Positions 1 to 9,237 of a stretch of 64,000 nt of DNA are shown one piece after another. The stretch is taken from positions 23,766 to 87,765 of the IMG/VR virus record IMGVR_UViG_3300016471_000834; one strand, given 5' to 3'. A program made the position numbers and the translations under genes. This DNA comes from a virus. Taxonomy: Duplodnaviria; Caudoviricetes. Every line of letters begins with the position of its first letter. Position 1 is the first letter of the stretch. The notes below the pieces were generated by a model. The model saw nothing but the letters and a program-made list of their open reading frames with translations. It searched no databases and was not told the DNA's origin.

Positions 1-1352
1 GACGAGAACAGCCCCTTGATGGTATCCCAGAGCCCCAGGATTGAGGGCTTGATCATGTCGATGGCCTCGCCAAACGCGGCGAAAGCGGAGCCCCCCAGGC
101 CTGTGCCAAATGCCTTCACCAGGTCCCAGACATAGGTTGCCACCGACACGACCGTATCGATGAGGCTCGAGAACATGCTTTTGACGAACTCGAGCGGCCC
201 TTCCCCCTCCTCACGGAAGATGCGGAACACCGCATAGGCAGCGGCTCCGACGATGAGCAGGTTCTGTGCAAAGGCCGCCAGCGCAGCCGGCGCCAGGAAC
301 TCCAGGACAGCGGTGCCAATGGTGATAAGCCCGGAGATGATGGGTCCGAGAATTGCCGCGGCAGCTCCCACGCCCAGCAGCGCCGTACCGATCCCGGCAA
401 TGGTCATCACGAGCCGCACGACTTTGGCCTTGCCCTCATCGCCCAGGCCGTCCCACCAGCCCAGCAGTTGCTTCATGAGCGGGGCCAGGTATGCGTCGAA
501 GATGGCTCGAGCTGCCTGAATCTGATCGGTGACTCCCTTTACGATGGCCGGCGTTTGTGCGCTGATCCATTCGGTGATAGGGACCAACGTCGGCCCGAGT
601 TGGTCGTTGATCCCTTTCCCCACTGCCTTGAGGATGGCGGTGCCCGCGTCTTTCAGCGTGGACAGCCGTCCCACGAAGGTCTCAGAGAGCGCCTTGACCA
701 GGTCCCGGCCCCCGGTCATCTTTGCAATGTCCTTCTCGAGTCGCGCCTGCACAGCCGCAGCGAACGCAGCGGAGCCGGCCTCACCAGCGGCTTTGAAGTC
801 CTCGGTCTTGTAGGTAAGACCGAACTCCTTCAGACGCTCGAATCCACCTCCAGAGCTGGCGTCCAGCAGGGCCTCTACCGCGTCCGTGATGTTCTTGGTC
901 GGATTGAGGGCAGTCAACTGCCCCATCGTCTTGAGCAGGTGGACATTGGCGTCCACGTTTTGCCCGGACAACCTCAACAGGCGCTTCGACCCTTCGATCA
1001 GATCCCCCTCCTCAAAGGGGGTAGCCGCTGCGTATTGCGAGATGAGACTGAGCAGGTAAGCGCTACGTTCCTGGGAACCCAACAGGGTATCGAAAGTGAT
1101 ACGCTGGGCCTCGAGGTCCGCCGCAAGGCCGGAAGCCTTGAAGCCGAGGACGCCCATCATAGCGGAGAGAGGGGCCAGACCCAGGGCGATCTGGCCGAGA
1201 CCAGTGGCAACGGACTTTGCAGTAGCGCCGAGTTGCTTGAAGGTGTCCCGGAGCGAGGACACGCCCTGACGAGCTCGCGCCATTCCGACTTGAGCAGGCC
1301 CTGCATTGAAGTTGAGGACGGCTCCGAGGCCCCACTGCTGCAACAATCCCAT
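1..1352 (-). CDS. Tape measure protein, N-terminal part (runs off the left edge)
   Basis: Not in the ORF track. I translated it from ATG at 1352 (MGLLQQWGLGAVLNFNAGPAQVGMARARQGVSSLRDTFKQLG...FDTLLGSQERSAYLLSLISQYAAATPFEEGDL...). The frame stays open to the window edge, is Ala/Gly/Leu-rich and helical, carries the tape-measure-like 'F..LLGS...A.......YAA.TPFE' motif, and lies directly downstream of the tube and chaperone genes. Confidence 0.9.
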   Translation of the reverse strand, partial: MGLLQQWGLGAVLNFNAGPAQVGMARARQGVSSLRDTFKQLGATAKSVATGLGQIALGLAPLSAMMGVLGFKASGLAADLEAQRITFDTLLGSQERSAYLLSLISQYAAATPFEEGDLIEGSKRLLRLSGQNVDANVHLLKTMGQLTALNPTKNITDAVEALLDASSGGGFERLKEFGLTYKTEDFKAAGEAGSAAFAAAVQARLEKDIAKMTGGRDLVKALSETFVGRLSTLKDAGTAILKAVGKGINDQLGPTLVPITEWISAQTPAIVKGVTDQIQAARAIFDAYLAPLMKQLLGWWDGLGDEGKAKVVRLVMTIAGIGTALLGVGAAAAILGPIISGLITIGTAVLEFLAPAALAAFAQNLLIVGAAAYAVFRIFREEGEGPLEFVKSMFSSLIDTVVSVATYVWDLVKAFGTGLGGSAFAAFGEAIDMIKPSILGLWDTIKGLFS

Positions 1353-1549
1353 CAGCGACTCCTGCGGAGTTGTTCCGCCTCACGCTCAAAATCGTCGCGG
1401 AGGCGTTCGTAGAGGCGAAACGCCTCCTCCACTGAGAGCGTGCCGAATTGCTCAGGGCCTCCTAATCCGGGGAGGAAGCGGGCCAGCCCATAGAACAGAC
1501 TGTCCCACTGTTCCCCGTCCACTACTTCAAAAAGGCCTGCATAAAACCC
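1352..1549 (-). CDS. -1 frame extension of the tail assembly chaperone (G-T fusion, 'T' part)
   Basis: The -1 frame from the slippery site reads GFYAGLFEVVDGEQWDSLFYGLARFLPGLGGPEQFGTLSVEEAFRLYERLRDDFEREAEQLRRSR*. Its TGA (1352-1354) overlaps the tape measure ATG (TGATG). It has no start codon of its own. Confidence 0.8.
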   Translation of the reverse strand, partial: GFYAGLFEVVDGEQWDSLFYGLARFLPGLGGPEQFGTLSVEEAFRLYERLRDDFEREAEQLRRSR

Positions 1550-2415
1550 GGAGACCTCCAGTCTACGAGCGCCTCGTTGAGCTCACCGCAACTGGGGCAC
1601 TGAACATCCAGCCGGAGATCGAGTGTCGGCGTGATGCGTCCCAGCGCCTCGTTGCATAGGTTCAAGTCCTCCTCCATCCAGGTATCGATGATCCCGGGCG
1701 GAAGCTTCATAAACTTGCCGATGTCCACAGTATCTACCTGAACCACGGACGCCTCAATGAGCGCGGCCCCCAGGGCAACCGTGTTGTCCCATTCCTGCGC
1801 CGTCAGGGGCCACACCGACGTCATGAACGAAGGCGGCTTGAGCAGGACTGTCCGAACGGTTTCACCCTTGGGATATTCAAAGCCGTGGTGCAGGCCTACA
1901 CGAACCAGGGGAGGATTCGCCAAGCTCGCATCGGGAGGCAACGCCGACACCTTCAGCGTGTCGAACTTCACATTCACCTCCGGCCAGTCGATTCCGCAGA
2001 TCCCACAGCTCAACCCCTTCATCGCATAGCCGCCCGGCTTTGCGGCCCGATGATAGGCGATCATCAGGAAGAGGAAGTCCGCGAAGGTCAGCTCGGCCAC
2101 CTTCAGGGCTCTCTGCTTCATGTTCCTCTCGCCCGCTAGGTCATGCTGACCGAGCCGCGAGATGCTCATACCCAGCCAGTGTGCGAAGAGCTGGCCGGTC
2201 TTCTTGACGAGGCCCTGATCCTGCTTCAGCTCTCCACGTTTCTTGGCCAGTGCCACGGTCGCTCGCTCAAACACCACTTCGCGGCGACTGCCATCTGCCG
2301 TGAGAAAGCCGTGGGGGAGTTGCCCCTCCAGCTCTCCCAGGGTGGTTTCAACCAACTCGAACGATACCGATGTCTCGCCCGGCTGCAAACTCGGAATGCG
2401 CTCCGACTGTGCCAT
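1522..2415 (-). CDS. Tail assembly chaperone (G), with CGIC and CPSC zinc-ribbon-like motifs
   Basis: Sits between tube and tape measure, has a slippery site at its 3' end, and carries two CxxC pairs. Confidence 0.75.
   Translation of the reverse strand: MAQSERIPSLQPGETSVSFELVETTLGELEGQLPHGFLTADGSRREVVFERATVALAKKRGELKQDQGLVKKTGQLFAHWLGMSISRLGQHDLAGERNMKQRALKVAELTFADFLFLMIAYHRAAKPGGYAMKGLSCGICGIDWPEVNVKFDTLKVSALPPDASLANPPLVRVGLHHGFEYPKGETVRTVLLKPPSFMTSVWPLTAQEWDNTVALGAALIEASVVQVDTVDIGKFMKLPPGIIDTWMEEDLNLCNEALGRITPTLDLRLDVQCPSCGELNEALVDWRSPGFMQAFLK
1543..1549 (-). promoter_or_regulatory. Programmed -1 ribosomal frameshift site G GGT TTT
   Basis: Canonical X XXY YYZ heptamer in the correct phase (CCG GGT TTT ATG...), 7 codons before the chaperone stop. 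Confidence 0.8.
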
Positions 2416-2447
2416 TTGCCTGTCCTCTCCCTTGGGTTACGCAGAGA

Positions 2448-2891
2448 TCAGAGCTGAATCTCTGCCGAGTCCACGCTGATCGTGTACTTGGCGTTGCCCT
2501 GCTTGCCATCCTCTGCTTTGTTCATCGCCGGGAGGGTCTCCTTTTCGCAGATGCACCCGATGAGGGAAACAACACGAGCGGGAAGCCCCGCAGCGCTCAT
2601 AAACGTCATGAGCCCGCCCTGCACATACCCCGGAAGTGCCGCCTTGCAGGCGAGCAACCAGGTGTGCAGCGCAAGCTGACCGGGGTCATGGAGCGGCACC
2701 TCGATATCGAAGCTGAACGGCTTCGTCTCTCCGGTAGACCGCTTGGTGCGATCACTCATCTCGGCCATGATGACTTCAGTCACCATCTCGCCGGTGCTGA
2801 TGATGTACAGCAGCGGCACAGCGAACGCGCCAATAAACTCGAGCTTGAACTTATTGGTCATCACTGCGCCGGGAAGCACTTCGCCCTTCAT
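2448..2891 (-). CDS. Tail tube protein
   Basis: 147 aa, beta-rich pattern, immediately downstream of the sheath gene. Confidence 0.8.
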   Translation of the reverse strand: MKGEVLPGAVMTNKFKLEFIGAFAVPLLYIISTGEMVTEVIMAEMSDRTKRSTGETKPFSFDIEVPLHDPGQLALHTWLLACKAALPGYVQGGLMTFMSAAGLPARVVSLIGCICEKETLPAMNKAEDGKQGNAKYTISVDSAEIQL

Positions 2892-2914
2892 TTACGTCTC
2901 CTTCCTGGCATCGA

Positions 2915-5647
2915 TTAAGCCGCGCCCTGAACCGCCACGCCCTTGCTGCCCACCGACACGATCACCCGCTCCGCGGTGTTCACGATGTCGAACGCGATGT
3001 CGATGTGCATATTCCCCTTCTCGCGTTCGCTGACGGGGTTGTTGCTCGAGTCCACCTTGATCGACACCTGCTTGTCGAAGGTTGGCCCCTCAGAATCGTC
3101 AAACCAGCCAGCAACAAACCAGTCCTGGAACAGCGTCCGCAGCAGGTAGCGGGACTGTGCAAAGGTGCCATCGTTGATCGGCCTGAACTCGAGCTGATCC
3201 AGACCCGTCAGAAGCGTCTGCACCACATGACCGATGGCGAGCTCCTTGTGCTTCCACAGTCGACCCTGATAGCCGGGAATCCGGTCCCCTCGCACGGTAA
3301 TGACACTGCCTCGAGCACGAATCTCGATGAGCCCGTAGCTGTTCAGCGCCTCGTTGTTGAGCACCGTCTTGCCCGTTGGAAGGCTCTTGACGGTCGGGCT
3401 CAGTGTATAGTCGGGGCCGGCTGGCGCCAGATGAACGCCCTTGTTGACGACGGCAAGCGCCGCTTCCTTGCCCATGATGAGCCCGGTCAGGCTCGCCAAG
3501 TACAGCCCGGTTCCATAGGGATTGGTGATGTACCCGTAGCTGGGCCAGTGGATGGCGTGGGCGTCCTGAGCCTCCCCGATCTTGAGGTTCGTTTCATGCC
3601 AGGCGATGGCTCCCGATTCTGTCGTGGTCCCGCTCGGGATTTCAGTGTATGCCATCATCCCCTTCTGAAAGGCGTACTGCATGAGCTGCGCCTGAGCCGT
3701 CGCGTCCGTCACACCCGGCATGGCGAGCTTCAGCATGCCCGTGGGGTAGGGCAGAATGTTGTTGATCAGACTTGTGTTGCTGTCCAACTTTGCCACGTAG
3801 GTGCTCGCGGCGACGCCAGCAATGCCATCGTAGCCACCGGCCAGAGCCTGACGGTATTGAATGCGCCCGATCTTGCCAGCCACTCCGATCAGTGCCTCAG
3901 CATTCGTGAAGCCAACGACTGCATTCAGAGTCCCGTTTCCGATGGTGAGCGTAGCCGTGTTCCCGAAGTCCTGGGCGCTCGAGATCCGTAGTTTGTTGCT
4001 CTCTGCGGTAAAGACCACCACGACATCCGAAGCCACACCACTCACACGGGTCAGCTCAAGCCCGTTCAGATGATCCGCCAGCTGCTGAGCCGTCTGGGAG
4101 CTGGTGAGCGTCGATGTGAGCGTAATCGGAGATCTGCCTTGAGCCGTGAAAATGAGAGTCTGTCCGTTCGAGAGAGTCCAGGGGCCGGCAATGCTGCCAA
4201 GTCGCGTCGGAGCCGACGGGGGCACTACGAGTCCCGTCAGGTTAATCCCGGTCTGCAGCGTGATCGTGTCGTAGGTGTTCCCCACGATGAGGTACCGGTT
4301 CCGGACGTTCCCCTCGCTCGATGCCGCTGCGGGGTAGTAGTAGGCGCCGCCCTTCGACTGATGCAGGTTCGTCGGGAGAGGCCGGGCGTAGATGAAGAGC
4401 TTGTCACCGCTGACTGCGTTCACGCCACCGGCTCGAGCGGTGAAGCCTGGGAGCCAGGGGTGCTGTGCCGCATAGGCCATCCCCAGGGTGCCGTTGGGCA
4501 GTCCGACAACGGAATAGCCGCCCTCCTCCATGACCGCCGAAACGGTGAACGTGGTGGAGTTCGTGAACGTCAAGGTGATGAGGCATGGCCTGGGGTCGGA
4601 CCCCCAGGTGACATCATTCACGGTGTCAACGTAGGGCGTCCCCGTACCTGTGCGCGTCCACCGCAGCACCTGAAACTTGACCTGGTTCGTGGAGATCATC
4701 CCGTTCGGGGCCGGGATCTCCGCGAAATTCGCCGGTCGGGCGAGCATGTCAGCCGGGTCTCCGACGTAGCTGTCCGTGACCGAGATCTCGTAGTTGTCGG
4801 TGTCGTCCTCGATCGAAGACTTCCAGTACCTCTTCCCGCTGGAGTCGAGCGCCAGATTCTCCCAGCCCGAACGGGGGGCGTCCCCATCGCGGTACGGGTA
4901 GAAGGAGAAGTAGCTGTTAGGGTTCTCGCCACCATCCGAGATCTCCACCTCCAGCGCCTCCGCCATCCCGGTGATCTCGTTGGTATTCACGAGCTCCATG
5001 TTCCAACGGCCATCGCTGGGGTTGCTCAGACTCGAGTCGAACGTCCCGTCGATGGTGAACACGCCCTGAGCCGTGTTGGAGATGACCCGGTAGGCCGCCG
5101 CGGGGACGTCCTGGGGAAACTTCAGCATGGCCCCGACCCAGGCATTCGCCTTGGTGGTAAAGCCGAGGTTGACCGTGGTCGTGCTGGTAACGGCGCCGGC
5201 GCCGATGTCTCCAGCCATGACGGCGCGTCGACCACCCCAGCGCCCACCGTTGTGCGCGCTGATGGTACCCAGGTCGGCATAGACAATGTGGGGAGCCTGC
5301 TCCACGACCGACGTATCCACCTTCCGACCGCGAAGAGGCCTTGATGCCTTCACATCGGTGCCATCGGTGACACGCAGGATGTGCAACTCCCCGGCTCCCT
5401 CGCCAGCAGAGTAGTAGTGCTCGCAGCATAGGGGAGCTTGAGAGGAAGTGGTCAAGCCTCCATAGATCCGCCTGTACTGGCTGAGGCCGCTCTCGAGGCT
5501 GATGACCTTGTCGGTCGGGCCGCTGCGGAAAATACCCAGAATGACAGCACCCCCATAAGGGCCCTGCTCGATGGGTCGCGCTGCCGCCTTGCGCACTACC
5601 TGCGTACCCACTCCCTTGATGGCACCGAACACCCGCGTCTGACTCAT
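2915..5647 (-). CDS. Contractile tail sheath protein (large, 910 aa)
   Basis: Sheath-like N-terminus (G.F.SGP.D.VI......Y.R.YG) and C-terminal sheath domain (WPSYG...LTG...ALNSYGLI...RGDR...FRPIND...KVDSSNNP...HIDIAFDIVNTAERVIV). Confidence 0.92.
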   Translation of the reverse strand: MSQTRVFGAIKGVGTQVVRKAAARPIEQGPYGGAVILGIFRSGPTDKVISLESGLSQYRRIYGGLTTSSQAPLCCEHYYSAGEGAGELHILRVTDGTDVKASRPLRGRKVDTSVVEQAPHIVYADLGTISAHNGGRWGGRRAVMAGDIGAGAVTSTTTVNLGFTTKANAWVGAMLKFPQDVPAAAYRVISNTAQGVFTIDGTFDSSLSNPSDGRWNMELVNTNEITGMAEALEVEISDGGENPNSYFSFYPYRDGDAPRSGWENLALDSSGKRYWKSSIEDDTDNYEISVTDSYVGDPADMLARPANFAEIPAPNGMISTNQVKFQVLRWTRTGTGTPYVDTVNDVTWGSDPRPCLITLTFTNSTTFTVSAVMEEGGYSVVGLPNGTLGMAYAAQHPWLPGFTARAGGVNAVSGDKLFIYARPLPTNLHQSKGGAYYYPAAASSEGNVRNRYLIVGNTYDTITLQTGINLTGLVVPPSAPTRLGSIAGPWTLSNGQTLIFTAQGRSPITLTSTLTSSQTAQQLADHLNGLELTRVSGVASDVVVVFTAESNKLRISSAQDFGNTATLTIGNGTLNAVVGFTNAEALIGVAGKIGRIQYRQALAGGYDGIAGVAASTYVAKLDSNTSLINNILPYPTGMLKLAMPGVTDATAQAQLMQYAFQKGMMAYTEIPSGTTTESGAIAWHETNLKIGEAQDAHAIHWPSYGYITNPYGTGLYLASLTGLIMGKEAALAVVNKGVHLAPAGPDYTLSPTVKSLPTGKTVLNNEALNSYGLIEIRARGSVITVRGDRIPGYQGRLWKHKELAIGHVVQTLLTGLDQLEFRPINDGTFAQSRYLLRTLFQDWFVAGWFDDSEGPTFDKQVSIKVDSSNNPVSEREKGNMHIDIAFDIVNTAERVIVSVGSKGVAVQGAA

Positions 5648-6990
5648 GGCATCACCTCGTTGGTAAGAACTCCCCCCTCGCGCACGAGGTAGGTCGTGAT
5701 GAGATCTTGAACCGGGAAAACCCAGAATGTCAACAAAACTGTTGCTTGTTGCTCATATATACCCCCGCTATCGGGTGCTGTATCGTTGAATTCGTCAACC
5801 AGCACGACTTCAACGACTTCTCCCGACGCCGGGCTGAGCATTGCCCGGTATCCAGCAGAGGTGAACCACGCCCGCAAAGAATCGACCAGGCGACCAACAT
5901 CGGAACGCAGCTCTCCGATCACTCGCAGGTTCAGCCGGCGACGCACATGCGTGCGAGCTGGCATGACGAGGGCCGTTGGCGGGTCCGCATACAGGTCGCG
6001 GATGTAGATGTCCTCTCCGCCGTCGAGGGCATCCTCGATGGACTGGCCGAGCACCAGCACCGATGGCAGTTTGTCGACCTGTACAATATCCCGGTGCTGG
6101 GACACGACGATATGCGGAGCATACCGAAACTCGAGCCGATAGGCGTGTCCGGATGGGATGGGATCGTCAGGAGTCCATACGCCATCGGCGTAGACTCCTG
6201 ACAGCTCTGTCTCTTCCGCAGGGTCCGCGGTCTGGTCAAACGCAGCGTCCACCCCTGTGACATCGTAGGTCCACTCGTCGCCTGGTACCGCAATGGAAGC
6301 GAGCTCGCTCTCGGCGGTGGATTCGATGACCCCGGTGGCGCTGATGCTCGCCCGCAGGCTTGCCAGGACTGTGCGGACCAGGGCGTCATCGTAGGCATCG
6401 ATCTCGACGCATCCATACGCGAGCCGCGCCCCGTAAAAGGATGGAGTCACCTCTGGATCGTCCGTGGAGAGCTTGACCACGATCTGGATGATCCTGCTCG
6501 ATGCCGAGAGCCCGGCGATGTTGCTCTGCAGGAGCTGCCCGGTGGACCAATGATCATCGGTCGTAGCCACTGCCCAGGCCGTCCCGTTCCACCACCATTC
6601 GTCTGAGCCATCAAACACGCGGAAGCTCACTGCGCTGCCCGTTGGAGCCTCCCAATAGAGCTCGAGCGCCTTCCAGGCTCGAACAGCAGATGCCTCGAGC
6701 ACAGGAGTGCGAGCGGTGCGAGATCCCCCTGCAAAGTCATCGTCGATCACGTAGTGGCCGCTGACCTTTGGCAGCCTAGCTCGAGCCGTGAACATCATGC
6801 CTTTGCAGGCGTTGAAAAACATCCCTCCCAGCCCACTGCCCGCGGTATAGGAGGGGGACAGGAGCTCCCATAGCACATCTTCGGAGTCAGGGCCTCGCTC
6901 GAGATCGGGCACATCCTGGCCGCTGTACAGACGCAACGTCTTTTCATCCAGGAGCAGGTCGGCCACATGAATCTTGAGGACTCGAGCCAT
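5644..6990 (-). CDS. Putative tail terminator/neck protein with extra N-terminal domain
   Basis: Directly upstream of the sheath. The C-terminal half has the tail-completion-like pattern (LPSV..., L.L.V....R.D..RL...L...F). Assignment is mostly by synteny. Confidence 0.5.
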   Translation of the reverse strand: MARVLKIHVADLLLDEKTLRLYSGQDVPDLERGPDSEDVLWELLSPSYTAGSGLGGMFFNACKGMMFTARARLPKVSGHYVIDDDFAGGSRTARTPVLEASAVRAWKALELYWEAPTGSAVSFRVFDGSDEWWWNGTAWAVATTDDHWSTGQLLQSNIAGLSASSRIIQIVVKLSTDDPEVTPSFYGARLAYGCVEIDAYDDALVRTVLASLRASISATGVIESTAESELASIAVPGDEWTYDVTGVDAAFDQTADPAEETELSGVYADGVWTPDDPIPSGHAYRLEFRYAPHIVVSQHRDIVQVDKLPSVLVLGQSIEDALDGGEDIYIRDLYADPPTALVMPARTHVRRRLNLRVIGELRSDVGRLVDSLRAWFTSAGYRAMLSPASGEVVEVVLVDEFNDTAPDSGGIYEQQATVLLTFWVFPVQDLITTYLVREGGVLTNEVMP

Positions 6991-7712
6991 TACGCGGCCT
7001 CCCTGAATGCCTGCTCAACAGCGTTCGTCCAGCGCTCTTTGACGTAGCCCTGGAAGGTTGCATCTCGAAGCACGGCCTCGAGGAATGGTCGTCCAGGGAT
7101 GACCCAGATCCCGGGCTTGCCGCTGGCGCCACCCAGGCCGAAAAGCATGTCTGTTGCCGCCGCGTTCATGGCCTTGCGCTGTGCAGGCTTTCGCTCGCTG
7201 ATAGAGACCATCGCCCGCCCAACCTCCGCAAGAAGGCGCTCGCGCTCTTCAGGCTTGTTGCGCATGTCCATCGTGAAGCCATCATGGAGCCGCTGCGCGA
7301 TGGATACCTGCTCCTCCCCCACCTCTGTCTTGATGACGCCAACCCGTAGCTCAAACGGGTTCTGCAGCTTGTAGCTGATGGCCTTGATGAGGTTGCCGTG
7401 ATGGACGAGGGGCGTACTCGATCCCTTCAGAATGATCGTGATGGGCGAGTTCGGAGCATACTCCTTGGCTCGAATCTTTCGCACGGCCATCGCCCTGAAC
7501 TTCATCCCGATGGCTTCGTTTGCGTTCCGAACACGAGCCGTGAGGACTGGTCCAAAGACCGCCCAATTCAGTGCACGATCCATCCGGTCCCAATCCCCTG
7601 AGAGGACAACACCGCTTTCGCCAGAGCCGCCCCCGCCGCTGCCCGCCGCTCCACCGCTCGAGCCTCCAGTGCCCTTGATAAAGCGGCCTTTGCTGTCCCT
7701 CATCGCTGGCAC
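6990..7712 (-). CDS. Virion morphogenesis/neck protein (HK97 gp10 / Mu G-like)
   Basis: Motifs 'YAPNSP.TI..KGSSTPL...GNL..AISY' and 'IPGRPFL'; position among head-tail joining genes. Confidence 0.75.
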   Translation of the reverse strand: MPAMRDSKGRFIKGTGGSSGGAAGSGGGGSGESGVVLSGDWDRMDRALNWAVFGPVLTARVRNANEAIGMKFRAMAVRKIRAKEYAPNSPITIILKGSSTPLVHHGNLIKAISYKLQNPFELRVGVIKTEVGEEQVSIAQRLHDGFTMDMRNKPEERERLLAEVGRAMVSISERKPAQRKAMNAAATDMLFGLGGASGKPGIWVIPGRPFLEAVLRDATFQGYVKERWTNAVEQAFREAA

Positions 7713-8143
7713 TATAAGCCCTCCTTGACTGTGCGGCTTGGGGGCCGGGTCTTTGCAACGGCTGTGACCGTCTTATCCGCATGGAACTCCGCAGCGTCCG
7801 GCTTTGCCAGCTCGAGGTACCAGTTACAGGTCGTGATCAGTCCGGCCCGGTCTCGATAGCCGATCATAAAGTCGCCATCAGCTGGCGAATAGCCGAGTCG
7901 CGTCAGGTCTCGACGAAGGAACACCACATCGGCCTGGGCGTCCAAGCGGGCGCCTCCAGGGTACATGGCTCGACGGTTCTCGCTGATGACGTCGACCTGT
8001 GCTGGGATCTCCACAAGGTCACCTCGAGCGATGTATGTCGACGGCTCCCGGAGCAGATCATCGATGCGGGTGGATGACCTGGCGATGGGCCTGATGAGCA
8101 CTGTGCGCGGGTTGATCAGGCGAGCTCTCATGGCTTCTTGCAC
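7712..8143 (-). CDS. Putative head closure (stopper) protein
   Basis: ~140 aa beta-rich ORF between adaptor and gp10-like gene; assigned by synteny. Start may be the ATG near 8131. Confidence 0.55.
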   Translation of the reverse strand: MQEAMRARLINPRTVLIRPIARSSTRIDDLLREPSTYIARGDLVEIPAQVDVISENRRAMYPGGARLDAQADVVFLRRDLTRLGYSPADGDFMIGYRDRAGLITTCNWYLELAKPDAAEFHADKTVTAVAKTRPPSRTVKEGL

Positions 8144-8343
8144 CTCCGACGACTGTGCGGGGGCAATATGAGCGGGAGAACGTGTTGCGGCATGGGCCGC
8201 ATTTCGTACTCTCCATCAATCCCCTGGTTTCTCAGCTCTGCCATGATGGCTTCCGCCTCCACCCGGCTCGGTACCAGCAGCGGCTGGCCCGGCAGGAGTT
8301 GCCATCCGCGCACCCATCGTGGTATGGACGATCCTCGTGCCAC
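8128..8343 (-). CDS. Small hypothetical protein
   Basis: 3' part of track ORF 8128..8445 from GTG at 8343; fills the gap between adaptor and stopper. Confidence 0.35.
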   Translation of the reverse strand: MARGSSIPRWVRGWQLLPGQPLLVPSRVEAEAIMAELRNQGIDGEYEMRPMPQHVLPLILPPHSRRRCKKP

Positions 8344-8365
8344 AATGGCCTGGCACTGGTTGTGC

Positions 8366-9154
8366 TTACACCATTCGGAAGACCAGTCCACCGATTTCGT
8401 CGACACTGGCGACCCCCACAAAGGGCGGGCGCTTGTACTTGGCAATAATCTGGTCGACGATTCTGTCTCCCGTGAGGCCCCCGGACATGCCTATCTGCGC
8501 CACCATGTACCCACGCCCGTGGGTGTTTTCCTGCGCGATAAAATGGCGCCGCTTGTCTTCCTGCGCGTCCGCGTCACCCTCGTAGGGAGACAGGATCTCC
8601 ACGAGGCGAGCGATAGCTTTCAGAATGAGGCCCGGGGTTGTTCCATCCTCCTCGAGATAGCCCCAATCGGCCGTCACATGGACGTTCCGAGTGCCACGGG
8701 ACCATTTCGCAGTGGGGAACAGGCTACTCAGCGATGCGCCGCTTTGGCCTGTGAGCTCGATATACGGATCTTGGCGGGGGTCGTCGAACCCAGCAAACCC
8801 GACGCCATCATTGATTCGAAGATCGTCCACGTCGATCTCAGTGGCGTTATCACCCTCGCCCACCGTCACCGCCGTGACTCCTGTGCCTCCCTGGGCAGTG
8901 GATACAACAGGTAGCGGAAGCTCGAGCCGCCTTTTGCCAGTCCCGTCGATATCCAGTGTACCGTTGCGCTTGAGGAAGAATCGCCCGGTGGCCGCATGAA
9001 AAGTTTGCACAGCGTCCCGGAGTAGAACCTCAAGCCGAGCGTTTGAGGGGCTTGAAGTCCATTGCGGACCCAGGTAGTCCGACCGGAGGGCGCTGAGTGC
9101 GAGCTCTTTCGTGCTGCCAAAGTAGCGCCAAGTCTCGATCGCTTCAAGTGCCAT
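8366..9154 (-). CDS. Head-tail adaptor (connector) protein
   Basis: 'Y.......L......L......LE..L.DA...F...TGRFF', a beta insertion, then 'V.VTADWGY......TP..I..AIARLV', typical of gp6/gp15-like adaptors. Confidence 0.7.
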   Translation of the reverse strand: MALEAIETWRYFGSTKELALSALRSDYLGPQWTSSPSNARLEVLLRDAVQTFHAATGRFFLKRNGTLDIDGTGKRRLELPLPVVSTAQGGTGVTAVTVGEGDNATEIDVDDLRINDGVGFAGFDDPRQDPYIELTGQSGASLSSLFPTAKWSRGTRNVHVTADWGYLEEDGTTPGLILKAIARLVEILSPYEGDADAQEDKRRHFIAQENTHGRGYMVAQIGMSGGLTGDRIVDQIIAKYKRPPFVGVASVDEIGGLVFRMV

Positions 9155-9172
9155 ATGCCAACCCCTCAGAGT

Positions 9173-9205
9173 AAAAGGCCCGGCACCGCTCTCACGGCCC
9201 GGGCC
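9173..9205 (-). terminator. Rho-independent terminator after the head genes
   Basis: Minus strand GGCCCGG-GCCG-TGAGAG-CGGT-GCCGGGCC followed by TTTTACT. Confidence 0.65.
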
Positions 9206-9237
9206 AGTCCTGCCAACATGCCGGTCGCTGGGCCAAA

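Noticed and set aside
1528-1536. Alternative slippery site GCC TTT TTG near the chaperone stop
   Set aside because: It leads to the same -1 frame but is not a canonical X XXY YYZ heptamer; G GGT TTT at 1543-1549 fits better.
1-9154. Tailocin or extracellular contractile injection system
   Set aside because: Terminase, portal, protease, scaffold and capsid genes are present, so this is a full phage.
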